This document shows positions 9,999 to 19,155 of a stretch of 63,988 nucleotides of DNA, one piece after another (positions within the stretch are counted from its first letter, which is position 1; each line of letters opens with the position of its first letter). The stretch spans positions 1-63,988 of the forward strand of contig DRLM01000077.1 in assembly GCA_011375345.1 (NCBI GenBank). Direction: 5' to 3'. Origin of the DNA: Gammaproteobacteria bacterium. Lineage in GTDB: Bacteria > Pseudomonadota > Gammaproteobacteria > DRLM01. The position numbers were made by a program, and so were the translations under genes. Below the pieces are notes generated by a model. The model had not been told where the DNA came from. It saw only the letters and a list, made by a program, of their open reading frames with translations, and did no database searches.

Positions 9999-11117
9999 GT
10001 GGCGGCCATCGCATTGCAGAAGGTGAGCAAGCGCTTTCCCGACGGCACCTGGGCCGTGCGGGAGCTTTCCCTGGAGGTGGCGGACGGCGAATTTCTGGTG
10101 CTGCTGGGACCCTCCGGTTGCGGCAAATCCACCGCGCTGCGCCTGCTGGCCGGGCTGGAGACACCCAGCGCCGGCGCCATCCTCATCGACGGCCGCCGCG
10201 TCGACGCGCTGCCGCCCCAGCGCCGCAATCTGGCCATGGTGTTCCAGAACTATGCTCTCTATCCTCACATGAGCGTACGCGACAACCTGCGTTTTCCCCT
10301 GCGCATGCGGAAACTGCCCAAGGCCGAACAACAGGCGCGGGTGGCACACACCGCCGCATTGCTGGGCCTGAGCGGACTGTTGGCGCGGCGCCCCGCCGAA
10401 CTCTCCGGCGGCCAGCGCCAGCGGGTGGCCATGGGCCGGGCCCTGGTGCGCGATCCCGTAGCCTTTTTGATGGACGAGCCCCTGTCCAATCTGGACGCCA
10501 AGCTGCGGGTGCGCATCCGCGCCGAGATTGCCGCCTTGCAGCAGCGCCTGGGCGTCACCACCCTCTACGTCACCCACGACCAGGTGGAGGCCATGACCCT
10601 GGGCCAGCGGGTGGCGGTATTGCGCGCCGGCGTGCTGCAACAACTGGGTCCGCCCGACGACGTCTACCGCCGCCCCGCCAACACCTTCGTCGCCGGCTTC
10701 CTGGGCAGCCCGCCCATGAACCTCTTTCACCCCGTCCTGGCACGGGCGGAGGCGGGCTGGGTGCTGCGCTGGGGCGAGCGCCGCCTGCCCCTGCCGCGAC
10801 TGCCGCCGGACCTGACGGCGGGAAGCGGACTGGTGCTGGGCCTGCGGCCGGAGGCCTTCGTGACGGGTGAGGCCCCGGCCCGGGTAAGCGTGGAAGTGGC
10901 CACCGTGGAATCCTTGGGTTTCGAGAAAATCGTCTATTTCCCCGCCCCCTTCGCCCCGTACACACCGGAAGAGGAAGCGGCCACGGGCACCGAGGCCGTG
11001 TTCGCCACACGCCTGCCCGGGCCCGCCACCGTCCGCCCCGGCGAACGCCTGGAGCTGGGGCTCAGGCTGGACGAGGCCCATTGGTTCGATGCCGGGGGGC
11101 AGCGTCTTGAATGCTGA
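9999..11117 (+). CDS. ABC transporter ATP-binding protein (MalK/UgpC-like)
   Basis: Walker A GPSGCGKST, Q-loop MVFQNYALYPHM, signature LSGGQRQRVAMGRAL, Walker B FLMDEPLSNLD, and a C-terminal MalK-type regulatory domain. The part of track ORF 9561.. upstream of 9990 lies in a different reading frame from the permease gene it overlaps and was dropped. GTG 9999 chosen as start; CTG 9990 is also possible. Confidence 0.9.
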   Translation: MAAIALQKVSKRFPDGTWAVRELSLEVADGEFLVLLGPSGCGKSTALRLLAGLETPSAGAILIDGRRVDALPPQRRNLAMVFQNYALYPHMSVRDNLRFPLRMRKLPKAEQQARVAHTAALLGLSGLLARRPAELSGGQRQRVAMGRALVRDPVAFLMDEPLSNLDAKLRVRIRAEIAALQQRLGVTTLYVTHDQVEAMTLGQRVAVLRAGVLQQLGPPDDVYRRPANTFVAGFLGSPPMNLFHPVLARAEAGWVLRWGERRLPLPRLPPDLTAGSGLVLGLRPEAFVTGEAPARVSVEVATVESLGFEKIVYFPAPFAPYTPEEEAATGTEAVFATRLPGPATVRPGERLELGLRLDEAHWFDAGGQRLEC

Positions 11118-11532
11118 GGACCGCACCCTGTCGGCCGGGGTGGTGGTACTCCGCGGCCACGGCCCCGCGCGGCGCTACCTGCTACTGCGTGCCTATCGCC
11201 ACTGGGACTTCCCCAAGGGCTTGGTGGAAGCCCACGAAGCCCCCTTACAGGGGGCGCTACGGGAAGTCCAAGAGGAAACGGGGCTCACCGACTTGGTGTT
11301 CACCTGGGGCCACGATTACATCGAAACGGGCCCTTATGGCCGCGGTAAAGTGGCCCGCTACTACCTGGCCGAAGCGCCGCGGGGCGAGGTCCGTCTCCCC
11401 GTCAACCCGAAACTGGGCCGTCCCGAGCATCACGAATTTCGCTGGGTCTCGCCAGCCGAAGCCAGAACGCTGCTGGGCGGCCGCCTCCAGCCCGTACTGG
11501 ACTGGGCCGAGGCCCGCATGCACAGCGGCTGA
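11089..11532 (+). CDS. NUDIX hydrolase (Ap4A-hydrolase-like)
   Basis: Nudix box GLVEAHEAPLQGALREVQEETGL, preceded by HWDFPKG as in NUDT2-type bis(5'-nucleosyl)-tetraphosphatases. The start is uncertain. ATG 11089 overlaps the ATPase gene by 29 nt; TTG 11107 is an alternative. Confidence 0.8.
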   Translation: MPGGSVLNAEDRTLSAGVVVLRGHGPARRYLLLRAYRHWDFPKGLVEAHEAPLQGALREVQEETGLTDLVFTWGHDYIETGPYGRGKVARYYLAEAPRGEVRLPVNPKLGRPEHHEFRWVSPAEARTLLGGRLQPVLDWAEARMHSG

Positions 11533-11564
11533 ACCGCTGCACCCTGCCGCCGCGTCAGGCAGCT

Positions 11565-11909
11565 TTACTTGTTGTCGCCGGAAGGCGGGGTAAAGAAGGG
11601 CGAAGGGAAAGGGGTGACGTTACTGCTTCTGCCGCCCGCGGGGTGAATTTTGTTGGCGCCCTCGCGCGCCACTTCGTCGATGCGGACGATGGCACCCAGG
11701 GGAATGCAGGTGCGTTTGACGCCGGCGAATTCGGCTTTCAGGCGTTCTTCGCTGGGATCCACCAGCACGCCGGACTTCTCGCCGAAGATCAAGTCCTCCA
11801 GTTCCACAAAGCCCAGTATGGGGGCCTGGTGCACCTGCCGGGCATGAACTTCGTAAAGCTTGTCTTGATTGTAAAAAATGACTTTGAAAATCTGGTTCTT
11901 CTCTGGCAT
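11565..11909 (-). CDS. DUF1820 family protein
   Basis: N-terminal IFKVIFYNQDKLYEVHARQVHQAPILGFVELEDLIFGE matches my recollection of the DUF1820 signature. Third-position GC looks coding-like. Confidence 0.7.
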   Translation of the reverse strand: MPEKNQIFKVIFYNQDKLYEVHARQVHQAPILGFVELEDLIFGEKSGVLVDPSEERLKAEFAGVKRTCIPLGAIVRIDEVAREGANKIHPAGGRSSNVTPFPSPFFTPPSGDNK

Positions 11910-11936
11910 GTGATGACAGCCTCTATATTACAGGAT

Positions 11937-12028
11937 GTTGAAAAAAGCCCTCCTGGCCTTTTTCAACGCCGGCTGCCGCCAAGGCCTTGGCGGCGGCCTC
12001 ACATTTTCAATGACTTATCGTCATTGAA
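11937..12028. other. Cluster of three hairpins/palindromes in the DUF1820 / fructosamine-kinase intergenic region
   Basis: GTTGAAAAAAGCC-CTCCT-GGCCTTTTTCAAC (11937-11967, one mismatch). Perfect 20-nt palindrome GCCGCCAAGGCCTTGGCGGC (11975-11994). TTCAATGAC-TTATC-GTCATTGAA (12006-12028). Confidence 0.4.
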
Positions 12029-12089
12029 CATGACAGTGCAGCTATACACCGCACACAGCTTGTTGAACAACGGCGCATTTCAACAACTG

Positions 12090-12968
12090 TCAAGTCATCT
12101 CGCTCAGCAGCCGCGCCAGCATGTTTTCGGCCTGGGAACGATAACCGCCGCCGAACAGATTAAGATGATTGAGGACGTGATAGAGGTTGTACAACGTCTT
12201 GCGTACGCTGTAGCCGGCATCCAGGGGATAGGCCGCACGGTAGGCGGCATAAAAATCCGGGGCAAAGCCGCCGAACAACTCTGTCATGGCCAGGTCCGTT
12301 TCGCGGTCACCGTAGTAGACAGCGGGATCGAAAACGGCCGGTCCGGCGGCAGTGAAGGCGTAATTGCCGGACCACAGATCGCCGTGCAACAAAGACGCCG
12401 GCGGGCTGTAGCCGCGGAACCAGGCCGGCAGGGCAGCAAGGCACCGTTCCCCCAGTCGCTGCAGATTACCACCATAACCCTTGCCGGCCGCCAGATCCAA
12501 CTGCCACTTCAGGCGGTGGCGCGACCAAAAAGTAACCCAGTCATCCTCCTCGGTATTGATTTGGGGCGTGGCGCCGATGGTGTTGTCCCGGTGCCAGCCA
12601 TAGCGGGTCCGGGTGTGGCGGTGCATGGCGGCCAGGCGCTCCCCCAACTCGGCATCGCCACCGGAACGGCCGGTGAAGTCCAGATAGTCCAGGGCAATAA
12701 AGGCCTCACGGCCGCTCACCCCCCAGCACCAGGGACGGGGCACCCGCACGGTGCCACTTTGGATAATGGCCTCAAGGCCTTCGGCTTCCGCGGCGAACAT
12801 GTCCACGGCGGCAGCGTCGTTGAGCTTGACGAAGTAACGCCGCCGCCCATCGCCGATAACGTAGGCGCGATTGATGCAGCCGCCGCTTACGGGGCGCTGC
12901 TCACGCGGCGTGAAGGCGGTGCGGGTGGCTTCAGACAGTTGCCGGGCGATGTCAGTCCACTCTGGCAT
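12090..12968 (-). CDS. Fructosamine/ketosamine-3-kinase family protein (YniA-like)
   Basis: MPEWTDIARQL...GGCINRAY...YFVKLND...FAAEAEGL...LLHGDLWSGNY...FDPAVYYGDRETDLAMTELFGGF matches the fructosamine kinase family. Start moved from TTG 12992 to ATG 12968 because 12992-13015 forms the tal terminator hairpin. Confidence 0.85.
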   Translation of the reverse strand: MPEWTDIARQLSEATRTAFTPREQRPVSGGCINRAYVIGDGRRRYFVKLNDAAAVDMFAAEAEGLEAIIQSGTVRVPRPWCWGVSGREAFIALDYLDFTGRSGGDAELGERLAAMHRHTRTRYGWHRDNTIGATPQINTEEDDWVTFWSRHRLKWQLDLAAGKGYGGNLQRLGERCLAALPAWFRGYSPPASLLHGDLWSGNYAFTAAGPAVFDPAVYYGDRETDLAMTELFGGFAPDFYAAYRAAYPLDAGYSVRKTLYNLYHVLNHLNLFGGGYRSQAENMLARLLSEMT

Positions 12969-12984
12969 GAATAGAGGACGCTTG

Positions 12985-13015
12985 ATAAACAAGACCCCGC
13001 TCAGTTGCGGGGTCT
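12985..13015 (-). terminator. Rho-independent terminator downstream of tal
   Basis: On the minus strand: AGACCCCGC-AACTGA-GCGGGGTCT (9-bp GC-rich stem, 12992-13015) followed by TGTTTAT. It lies 29 nt after the tal stop. Confidence 0.6.
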
Positions 13016-13043
13016 CACATTCTAAGACAAGCCGGCCCGGAGA

Positions 13044-14186
13044 TCAGCCGGCGGCGTGGTGTTTGAGACCGGCGGGAGCACATTTTTCCGCCACCGCCGC
13101 CAATACACCATCGAAGGATTTGGCGAAGGCCGTGACGCCGTCCTCTTCCAGTTTGTCAGTCACCGCACCGAGATCGATGCCCAAGGCGCCCAGGGCGCTA
13201 AGTTGACTTTTGGCCTGGTCCAGACCCTGGGTCAAGGTCGCTGCCACCCGCCCGTGGTCCCGAAAGGCGGCCAGTGTCGCTGGCGGCATGGTGTTGACGG
13301 TGTTGTCGCCAATAAGGGCTTCGACGTAGAGCACGTCGCTGTAGTGCGGGTTTTTGACGCCGGTGCTGGCCCACAGGAGGCGCTGGGGCGCGGCGCCGGC
13401 GGCACTGAGTTTTTCAAAGCGCGCATCGGAAAAGGCGGTTTGATACCAGGCATAGGCCACTTTGGCATTGGCGATGGCGATCTTGCCCATGAGGCGGCGC
13501 ACCTGCTCGCTGTCTTCATAAGCACCAGCGGCCAGCTTGTCCGCCAGGGCTTTGTCCACGGCGCTGTCGACGCGGCTGACAAAAAAGCTCGCCACTGAGG
13601 CAATACCCGCCACCGGCAGACCGCGGCGCATGCGCGATTCCAGACCGGCCTGATAAGCGTCCACCACCTCCCTGTAGCGGGACACGGCGAACAACAGCGT
13701 CACGTTGACGTTGATGCCTTCGGCCACCAGCGCCTCGAAAGCCACCACACCCTCCGCGGTGGCGGGAACTTTGATCATCAGATTGGGCCGGTCCACCCGC
13801 TCCCACAGCTGTTTGGCTTCGGCAATGGTGCCGGCGGTGTCGTAGGCCAGATCCGGCGAGACTTCCAGGCTGACGAAACCGTCGTGACCCTGACTCTCAT
13901 CATACACAGGACGCAGAATATCGGCGGCCTGTTGAATGTCCGCCACCGCCACGGCAAAGAACGCATCTCGCGGCGCAGCGCAGCCCCCCGCCAGCTGTGC
14001 CAGGGCTTCATCGTACTCCTTGCTGCCGGCGATGGCTTTTTCAAAGATAGTGGGGTTGGAGGTCACACCCCGCACCCCGTCGTCGCGCACCAGGGCCGCC
14101 AATTCGCCGGACCGCAGCAGACCACGGTGGATGTTGTCATACCACACGCTTTGTCCAAATTCTCTAAGCTGTAGCAATGGGTTCAT
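13044..14186 (-). CDS. tal: Transaldolase (long, ~380 aa type)
   Basis: MNPLLQLREFGQSVWYDNI.R.LL.SGEL..L......RGVTSNPTIFEKAI, then MIKVPAT.EG..A...L...GINVNVTLLF. AGGAGA Shine-Dalgarno sequence upstream of ATG 14186. Confidence 0.9.
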   Translation of the reverse strand: MNPLLQLREFGQSVWYDNIHRGLLRSGELAALVRDDGVRGVTSNPTIFEKAIAGSKEYDEALAQLAGGCAAPRDAFFAVAVADIQQAADILRPVYDESQGHDGFVSLEVSPDLAYDTAGTIAEAKQLWERVDRPNLMIKVPATAEGVVAFEALVAEGINVNVTLLFAVSRYREVVDAYQAGLESRMRRGLPVAGIASVASFFVSRVDSAVDKALADKLAAGAYEDSEQVRRLMGKIAIANAKVAYAWYQTAFSDARFEKLSAAGAAPQRLLWASTGVKNPHYSDVLYVEALIGDNTVNTMPPATLAAFRDHGRVAATLTQGLDQAKSQLSALGALGIDLGAVTDKLEEDGVTAFAKSFDGVLAAVAEKCAPAGLKHHAAG

Positions 14187-14536
14187 ATTCTGTGTCTCCT
14201 GACTTGGGGCGCGAAAAAACTCGCTTGCTTTATCGACTGCCGGGCTTAATTATCCAGTCACAAAATTCACATACTGTTTTGTCGCTCCGGTGCAGGTGGC
14301 GCAATGGTCCACGTTAGCGCCGGCTGGCGGGCGTATTCCCTGCACACGCCCCTGGTATGACAAAGTCTGGGGGCGGGAAATCCAGCGTCACCACGAAAAA
14401 ACCCGAAAAATAAAAAATATTGTCGGTTTTTGTGCATGGAGGGCTATACACTCACAATAAAAGTGGTTATAGTTTGCGGCAGCCCAGCAGCCTGACCTGT
14501 GATTGTGACGACCGTTTGATCGGGAGAATAACGGTT

Positions 14537-14746
14537 ATGTACCTCAAGCATCGCAGCAGCGGTTCCCTGGTGGAGGTGTTGGATACGGCTGCCCTGGCCG
14601 ATCCCTGCCACGCCACCGTAAAAGGCCGTTTTCACGCCGGAGAGGAACTGCAGGAAGCGGCGGATTTCGCCAAGGCAGAGCTGATCTTTCCCTCTGGCGA
14701 GGCGCTGCCCCGCTGCTGGCTCGACCCAAACTACAAGCATAACTAG
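14537..14746 (+). CDS. Small conserved hypothetical protein (69 aa)
   Basis: MYLKHRSSGSLVEVLD...GRFHAGEELQEAADFAKAELIFPSGEALPRCWLDPNY resembles a small protein family I have seen in gammaproteobacteria. GGGAGA lies 7 nt upstream of ATG 14537 and third-position GC is high. The upstream part of track ORF 14420.. was dropped. Confidence 0.55.
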   Translation: MYLKHRSSGSLVEVLDTAALADPCHATVKGRFHAGEELQEAADFAKAELIFPSGEALPRCWLDPNYKHN

Positions 14747-14903
14747 TACCAATTCAGCCCCATCGTGCTGCGATGCAGCAATGACCAAAACGAGAACCGG
14801 TTAACGGAAGCGTTTTTGTGTCCGATAGATACTTTGCCTCGAAGGAGCGGGTCACAGGTCTGGACGGACGCGCAGACGCAAACCGTATGTGGGTAGATTC
14901 GCT

Positions 14904-15368
14904 ATGCGTCACCGTAACATCCATCGCAAACCCGACTGGCTGCTGATACTGGCCATACTGGTTGGTCTGGGGGTCGTGGTCACAACGGCCGCGCAGGCCG
15001 AAGCCGCCATGGTGGTCAAAAAGGCCCTGGTGTGGTGCGACGGCACCAGACTGGGTTCCGCCCCCTGCATTTCCCTGTCCCCCTTGACGGCCGACTACCT
15101 CGGGCCCACCGTCACCCCGCTCCCGCCCCCAATGTACAAGCCCCCCTCCTCCCCGGCATCTGCCAGCCTCGGCGACCGGGCCAGCGAGGCGGCCTGGCGC
15201 TGGTACCGCCGCCTGTCGTCCCGGCTGGAGTTCAATCTCAAAGTGGACCACAGCGGCGCCGGAATGGGCATGGAACTGGGCGGCCTGGAACTGCGCATGA
15301 TGGTGGATGAGGGGCAGCAGCGCCTGCTCGAACCTTCCGTTTACCTTGGCGTAGACGGCGAATGGTGA
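14904..15368 (+). CDS. Hypothetical exported protein
   Basis: Signal-peptide-like N-terminus MRHRNIHRKPDWLLILAILVGLGVVVTTAAQAEA. Third-position GC is strongly coding-like in this frame. No family recognised. Confidence 0.5.
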   Translation: MRHRNIHRKPDWLLILAILVGLGVVVTTAAQAEAAMVVKKALVWCDGTRLGSAPCISLSPLTADYLGPTVTPLPPPMYKPPSSPASASLGDRASEAAWRWYRRLSSRLEFNLKVDHSGAGMGMELGGLELRMMVDEGQQRLLEPSVYLGVDGEW

Positions 15369-15598
15369 GTACGCTTCTGCTCTCCGCAGCCGGGCTTCAC
15401 ACCCATTTTCCGTAACAAACTTTCCATCAGGCACCAACAGGTAAAACCGGACTGCAGCAGATTGGCGCCCACGAAGGCGGTAAACCACAGCCAGGTGGGC
15501 CCGCTCAGCAGTTCGACGCCGTTGAACAGGGCGGCGAGCAGAAGGGACAGCAGTATAATCCCCCCTGCGATGATTCTGATCAGTCGCTCGGTGGTCAT
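15341..15598 (-). CDS. DUF2892 (YgaP-like) small membrane protein
   Basis: MTTERLIRIIAGGIILLSLLLA....LLSGPTWLWFTAFVGANLLQSGFTCWCLMESLL gives two TM helices and the G(F/W)TxxC motif of DUF2892. Start moved to ATG 15598. The 3' end overlaps the convergent gene by 28 nt. Confidence 0.65.
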   Translation of the reverse strand: MTTERLIRIIAGGIILLSLLLAALFNGVELLSGPTWLWFTAFVGANLLQSGFTCWCLMESLLRKMGVKPGCGEQKRTHHSPSTPR

Positions 15599-15650
15599 GG
15601 TGAACGCCTCCTCAGCGCCGACAGGCAAACAATGGAACTTCAGAATATTC

Positions 15651-15823
15651 TATTAACCCGGCAATCAAACAGGTCGTGCTGACCTGTTTGATTGCCGCCC
15701 GCGAAATACGGGCGCCATTGTGCGAAATGGCTGGTATTTCGCGGGCTCGCACTGACTTGCGCCAATGGCGGCACATCCCTGTGCCGCGCTATTAACCCGA
15801 CAATCCTAATTGCCGGGTTAATA
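15651..15823 (+). mobile_element. MITE-like structured repeat, copy 2 (complete unit with terminal inverted repeats)
   Basis: Perfect 15-bp terminal inverted repeats: TATTAACCCGGCAAT (15651-15665) and ATTGCCGGGTTAATA (15809-15823). Three internal hairpins: 17-bp perfect stem 15659-15675 / 15681-15697; 12-bp stem 15698-15709 / 15734-15745; 14-bp stem with one mismatch 15791-15804 / 15809-15822. There is no ORF. The left ~50 nt are shared with copies 1 and 3. Confidence 0.65.
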
Positions 15824-15845
15824 GTACAGATCAAGTTCACCACAC

Positions 15846-17042
15846 TTACCGGCCCAGGCGTTTGACTACCGCCCGGTGCAAGCGGCCCCGCCCGAACAGC
15901 CGTAACACCCACACATCCGCCCAACCCCAGAAGCGCTCCAACAAGCGCCGGTACCAAGGCCGGTGGGACCAGTATTCCCAGGTGATTTCCCGGCATGCGG
16001 CAAAATCCTGCAGTAACATGGCCGCCACCTCAGCGGCGAAACCGGCATCGAAGATTTCCTGGTTGGCTTCCAGGTTCCAGCGTGCCGTCCAGTGGTCCAC
16101 ATTGGCCGAACCCAGGCTCACCCAATCGTCGCACAGGGTGATTTTCATGTGCACAAAACGGGGCTGGTACTCAAAGATACGCACACCGTGGCGCAACAAC
16201 CGCCCGTAAAAACGGCGCCCGGCGTGACGAACGGCCGGGTGATCGGTAATCGGTCCGGGCAGCAACAGGCGCACGTCCACACCGCGGCGACCGGCCCGTT
16301 TGAGGACACGGCGCATTTTCATGGAGGGTACGAAATAGGCCGTGGCCAGCCACACCCGCCGCGTGGCCCGGCTGATGTGATGGAGCCAGGCACGCTGGAT
16401 ATCGGGCAACAGAAATCCCCGGCTGCAAGCCACCCGCCCCACCTGACCGGCCGGACTGACGACCACCGCCGGCGCGTGGAGTCTGAGCGTCTCGCCGGTC
16501 ACCCGTTTCCACGTGGCAGCAAACAGAGCCTGCCAGTCTGACACGACCGGTCCCTCGGCCTGCACCGCCACTTCGCGCCAATACGAACGCGCAGACCCCG
16601 CCGGGATAAAGTGATCGGTAAAACCGAATCCGCCAGTGAAGGCCACACGCCCGTCGATCACCAGAATCTTGCGGTGATCGCGCACGAAATTGCCGAACAG
16701 GGCACCATAGCGCAGGGGGTTGTACCAAACCAGTGCCACGCCGGCCTGACGCAAGCGCTCCTGATCACGGGGCCGCAAGCCCCTGGCCCCGAAGCCGTCC
16801 ACCAAAACCCAGCAGCGCACACCCCGCCGGCTGGCCCCCAGCAAAGCCTCGATGAATCGGTTCAACACCCGGCCCGACGTCAACAAATACAGCTCCAGCA
16901 GAACATGGGAGCGGGCAGCACCGATGGCGGCCACCATGACGGGGAGAAACCGTTCGCCCTCGCTCAGTAACTCGAAGCAATTGTCATTGCGCCACGGAAA
17001 AGCGCGTTTGGGGTCAGGCATGGAACGAGGTGGGTGGGACAT
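15846..17042 (-). CDS. Phospholipase D / cardiolipin synthase family protein (ClsB-like, two HKD motifs)
   Basis: HRKILVIDGRVAFTGGFGFTD and HMKITLCDDWVSLGSANVDHW are two HxK(x)4D motifs. Start uncertain: ATG 17042 chosen, ATG 17021 and GTG 17111 are alternatives. Confidence 0.85.
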   Translation of the reverse strand: MSHPPRSMPDPKRAFPWRNDNCFELLSEGERFLPVMVAAIGAARSHVLLELYLLTSGRVLNRFIEALLGASRRGVRCWVLVDGFGARGLRPRDQERLRQAGVALVWYNPLRYGALFGNFVRDHRKILVIDGRVAFTGGFGFTDHFIPAGSARSYWREVAVQAEGPVVSDWQALFAATWKRVTGETLRLHAPAVVVSPAGQVGRVACSRGFLLPDIQRAWLHHISRATRRVWLATAYFVPSMKMRRVLKRAGRRGVDVRLLLPGPITDHPAVRHAGRRFYGRLLRHGVRIFEYQPRFVHMKITLCDDWVSLGSANVDHWTARWNLEANQEIFDAGFAAEVAAMLLQDFAACREITWEYWSHRPWYRRLLERFWGWADVWVLRLFGRGRLHRAVVKRLGR

Positions 17043-17261
17043 AACACTGGGCACGGCGAGGCTGGGTGCATGATCCAGGGAGGACGGCCCAAGGTCAACC
17101 ACCACGCCCACGGGGATCCCCCCATCAGAAGATTGAGACAGGCTTTGTTAGTGTTCAGCCTGCTAAGAATTTATACTTGGTGGACTAAAACCAGCGCGCG
17201 CCACATGGACCTCCACGCACGGGGCGGCAGGGGATCGGCGCCAGCTTAAGGCGGGGAACGG

Positions 17262-17771
17262 ATGTTGACAGGTTTTATCAAGGCATTTTGGACCATCTGC
17301 ACTTTCAATTCGGCGCCCCAGAACCTGCCCGCATCGTGGACCCTGCTGGGCATCACCGCTGTTGGGTATTTTGCGGTAAGCCTGATGATTGCGGCGCTAC
17401 AGCTGGGCGGTGCCCATGCCTTTCCTGCGGCCCTGTTGGACGTGGTGCTGCTCAGCGCGCTCACGCGGGCGGTGTTATGGGTGAGGATGTTCGGCGAACG
17501 CTTCGTTCAAACCCTGACTGCGCTCACCGGCACGGGCGCCCTGCTGGGCCTGGTTGCCGTACCCGTGGTGGCCTGGCATCAGCGCGCCCAGGCCTCTGGC
17601 AGTGATGCCAGCCTGCCGGCCTTGATGTTGCTGGCCTGGATGGCCTGGGATCTGGCGGTGATTGCCTACATCCTGCGCCACGCTTTGTCAACGGTGTTCT
17701 ACGTTGGTGCGGCACTGGCCCTGGTGTATGCGTATATCGCCTACCGGCTGACGACTGTTTTATTCTACTGA
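17262..17771 (+). CDS. Hypothetical integral membrane protein (4-5 TM)
   Basis: Hydrophobic segments run throughout and the codon pattern is coding-like. It sits directly upstream of mpl. No family recognised. Confidence 0.6.
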   Translation: MLTGFIKAFWTICTFNSAPQNLPASWTLLGITAVGYFAVSLMIAALQLGGAHAFPAALLDVVLLSALTRAVLWVRMFGERFVQTLTALTGTGALLGLVAVPVVAWHQRAQASGSDASLPALMLLAWMAWDLAVIAYILRHALSTVFYVGAALALVYAYIAYRLTTVLFY

Positions 17772-17781
17772 TCAATAATTT

Positions 17782-19155
17782 ATGCACGTACACCTGCTCG
17801 GCGTCTGCGGCACCTTCATGGGGGGGCTCGCCCTCCTGGCGCGGGAACTCGGTTTTGAAGTAAGCGGCTCTGATGCCCATGTCTACCCCCCCATGAGTAC
17901 CTTGTTGAAGCAGGAGGGCATCGCCGTACAATCGGGGTATTTGCCGTCCCATTTGTCACCGGAACCGGACTTGGTGGTCATCGGCAACGCCCTGTCCCGG
18001 GGCAATGCTGCTGTCGAGCATGTGCTGGACCGGGACCTGCCATACACCTCCGGGCCGGCTTTTCTTGCCGACCACGTCCTGCAGGGCCGCTGGGTATTGG
18101 CCGTGGCGGGCACCCACGGCAAGACCACCACCAGCAGCCTGCTGGCCTGGATTCTGGACTATGCCGGCCTCAAACCGGGCTTTTTGATCGGCGGCCTGCC
18201 GCAAAACTTCGGTGTCTCCGCCCGCCTGGGCGAGGCACCTTTCTTTGTGGTGGAGGCGGACGAGTACGACAGCGCCTTTTTTGACAAACGCTCCAAGTTC
18301 GTCCACTACCGGCCGCGCACTGCCGTTTTGAACAACCTGGAGTTCGATCACGCCGATATTTTTCCTGATCTTGCCGCCATCGAGAGGCAATTTCATCATC
18401 TCGTCCGCACCGTGCCCGGCACCGGCCTGCTCCTGGCCCCCACCGGCGATGAGGCCCTCGGCCGGGTGCTGCAGCAAGGCTGCTGGACACCGGTAGAACG
18501 CTTCGCGGTGGATGCAACGCCCCGTGACGGTACATGGACGGCCCGCCTGCTGGAGCCGGACGGCAGCCGTTTCGAGCTGTTTTGGGGCCGGGAGTCGCAG
18601 GGCGATGTGAGCTGGACACAATGGGGCGCCCACAATGTGCACAACGCCCTGGCTGCGGTGGCAGCGGCCCGCCACGCCGGAGTACCCCCCCGGCAGGCCC
18701 TGGCGGCCCTGCCGGCCTTCACCGGAGTCCGGCGCCGCCTGGAGCGGCGGGGCGAGGCGCGTGGCGTGACGGTCTACGACGACTTCGCCCATCACCCCAC
18801 CGCGGTTTCAGCTTCGGTGGCGGCGCTGCGGCGCCGGGTAGGCCAGGCCGGCCGTATCGTCGCCATCCTCGAACCACGCTCCAACACCATGCGCATGGGC
18901 GTACATCAAAACAGCCTGGCTGCGGCCTTTGCCGGCGCCGACGAAGTATTGATTTTCCAGCCGCCGGATCTGACCTGGGACATCCACGGCGTGGCCCGGA
19001 GCAGCCCGGCCCCGGCGCAGGTTTTCGACAATGTCTCCGCCATTGTGGCCGCCGTATTGGCATCGGCCCGCAGCGGCGACCACGTGTTGGTGATGAGCAA
19101 CGGCGCTTTTGGCGGCATCCACGAACGCCTGCTCGAAGCATTGGGGGGACCATGA
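17782..19155 (+). CDS. mpl: UDP-N-acetylmuramate:L-alanyl-gamma-D-glutamyl-meso-diaminopimelate ligase
   Basis: [43 protein letters not shown]-loop [16 protein letters not shown], and an overall Mur-ligase pattern of Mpl length (457 aa). Confidence 0.93.
   Translation: MHVHLLGVCGTFMGGLALLARELGFEVSGSDAHVYPPMSTLLKQEGIAVQSGYLPSHLSPEPDLVVIGNALSRGNAAVEHVLDRDLPYTSGPAFLADHVLQGRWVLAVAGTHGKTTTSSLLAWILDYAGLKPGFLIGGLPQNFGVSARLGEAPFFVVEADEYDSAFFDKRSKFVHYRPRTAVLNNLEFDHADIFPDLAAIERQFHHLVRTVPGTGLLLAPTGDEALGRVLQQGCWTPVERFAVDATPRDGTWTARLLEPDGSRFELFWGRESQGDVSWTQWGAHNVHNALAAVAAARHAGVPPRQALAALPAFTGVRRRLERRGEARGVTVYDDFAHHPTAVSASVAALRRRVGQAGRIVAILEPRSNTMRMGVHQNSLAAAFAGADEVLIFQPPDLTWDIHGVARSSPAPAQVFDNVSAIVAAVLASARSGDHVLVMSNGAFGGIHERLLEALGGP

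Noticed and set aside
9858-11126. 422-aa minus-strand ORF, plus the N-terminal 146 codons of plus-strand ORF 9561..11117.
   Set aside because: The minus-strand ORF is antisense to the MalK-like ATPase gene. The upstream part of 9561.. lies in a different reading frame from the permease gene it overlaps and has an Arg/Pro/Gly-rich composition. The real ATPase start is placed at about 9999.
14754-15488. 244-aa minus-strand ORF covering the exported-protein gene.
   Set aside because: The plus-strand frame (14904..15368) has the high third-position GC and a clean signal peptide. The minus-strand product is Gly/Arg-rich with no features.
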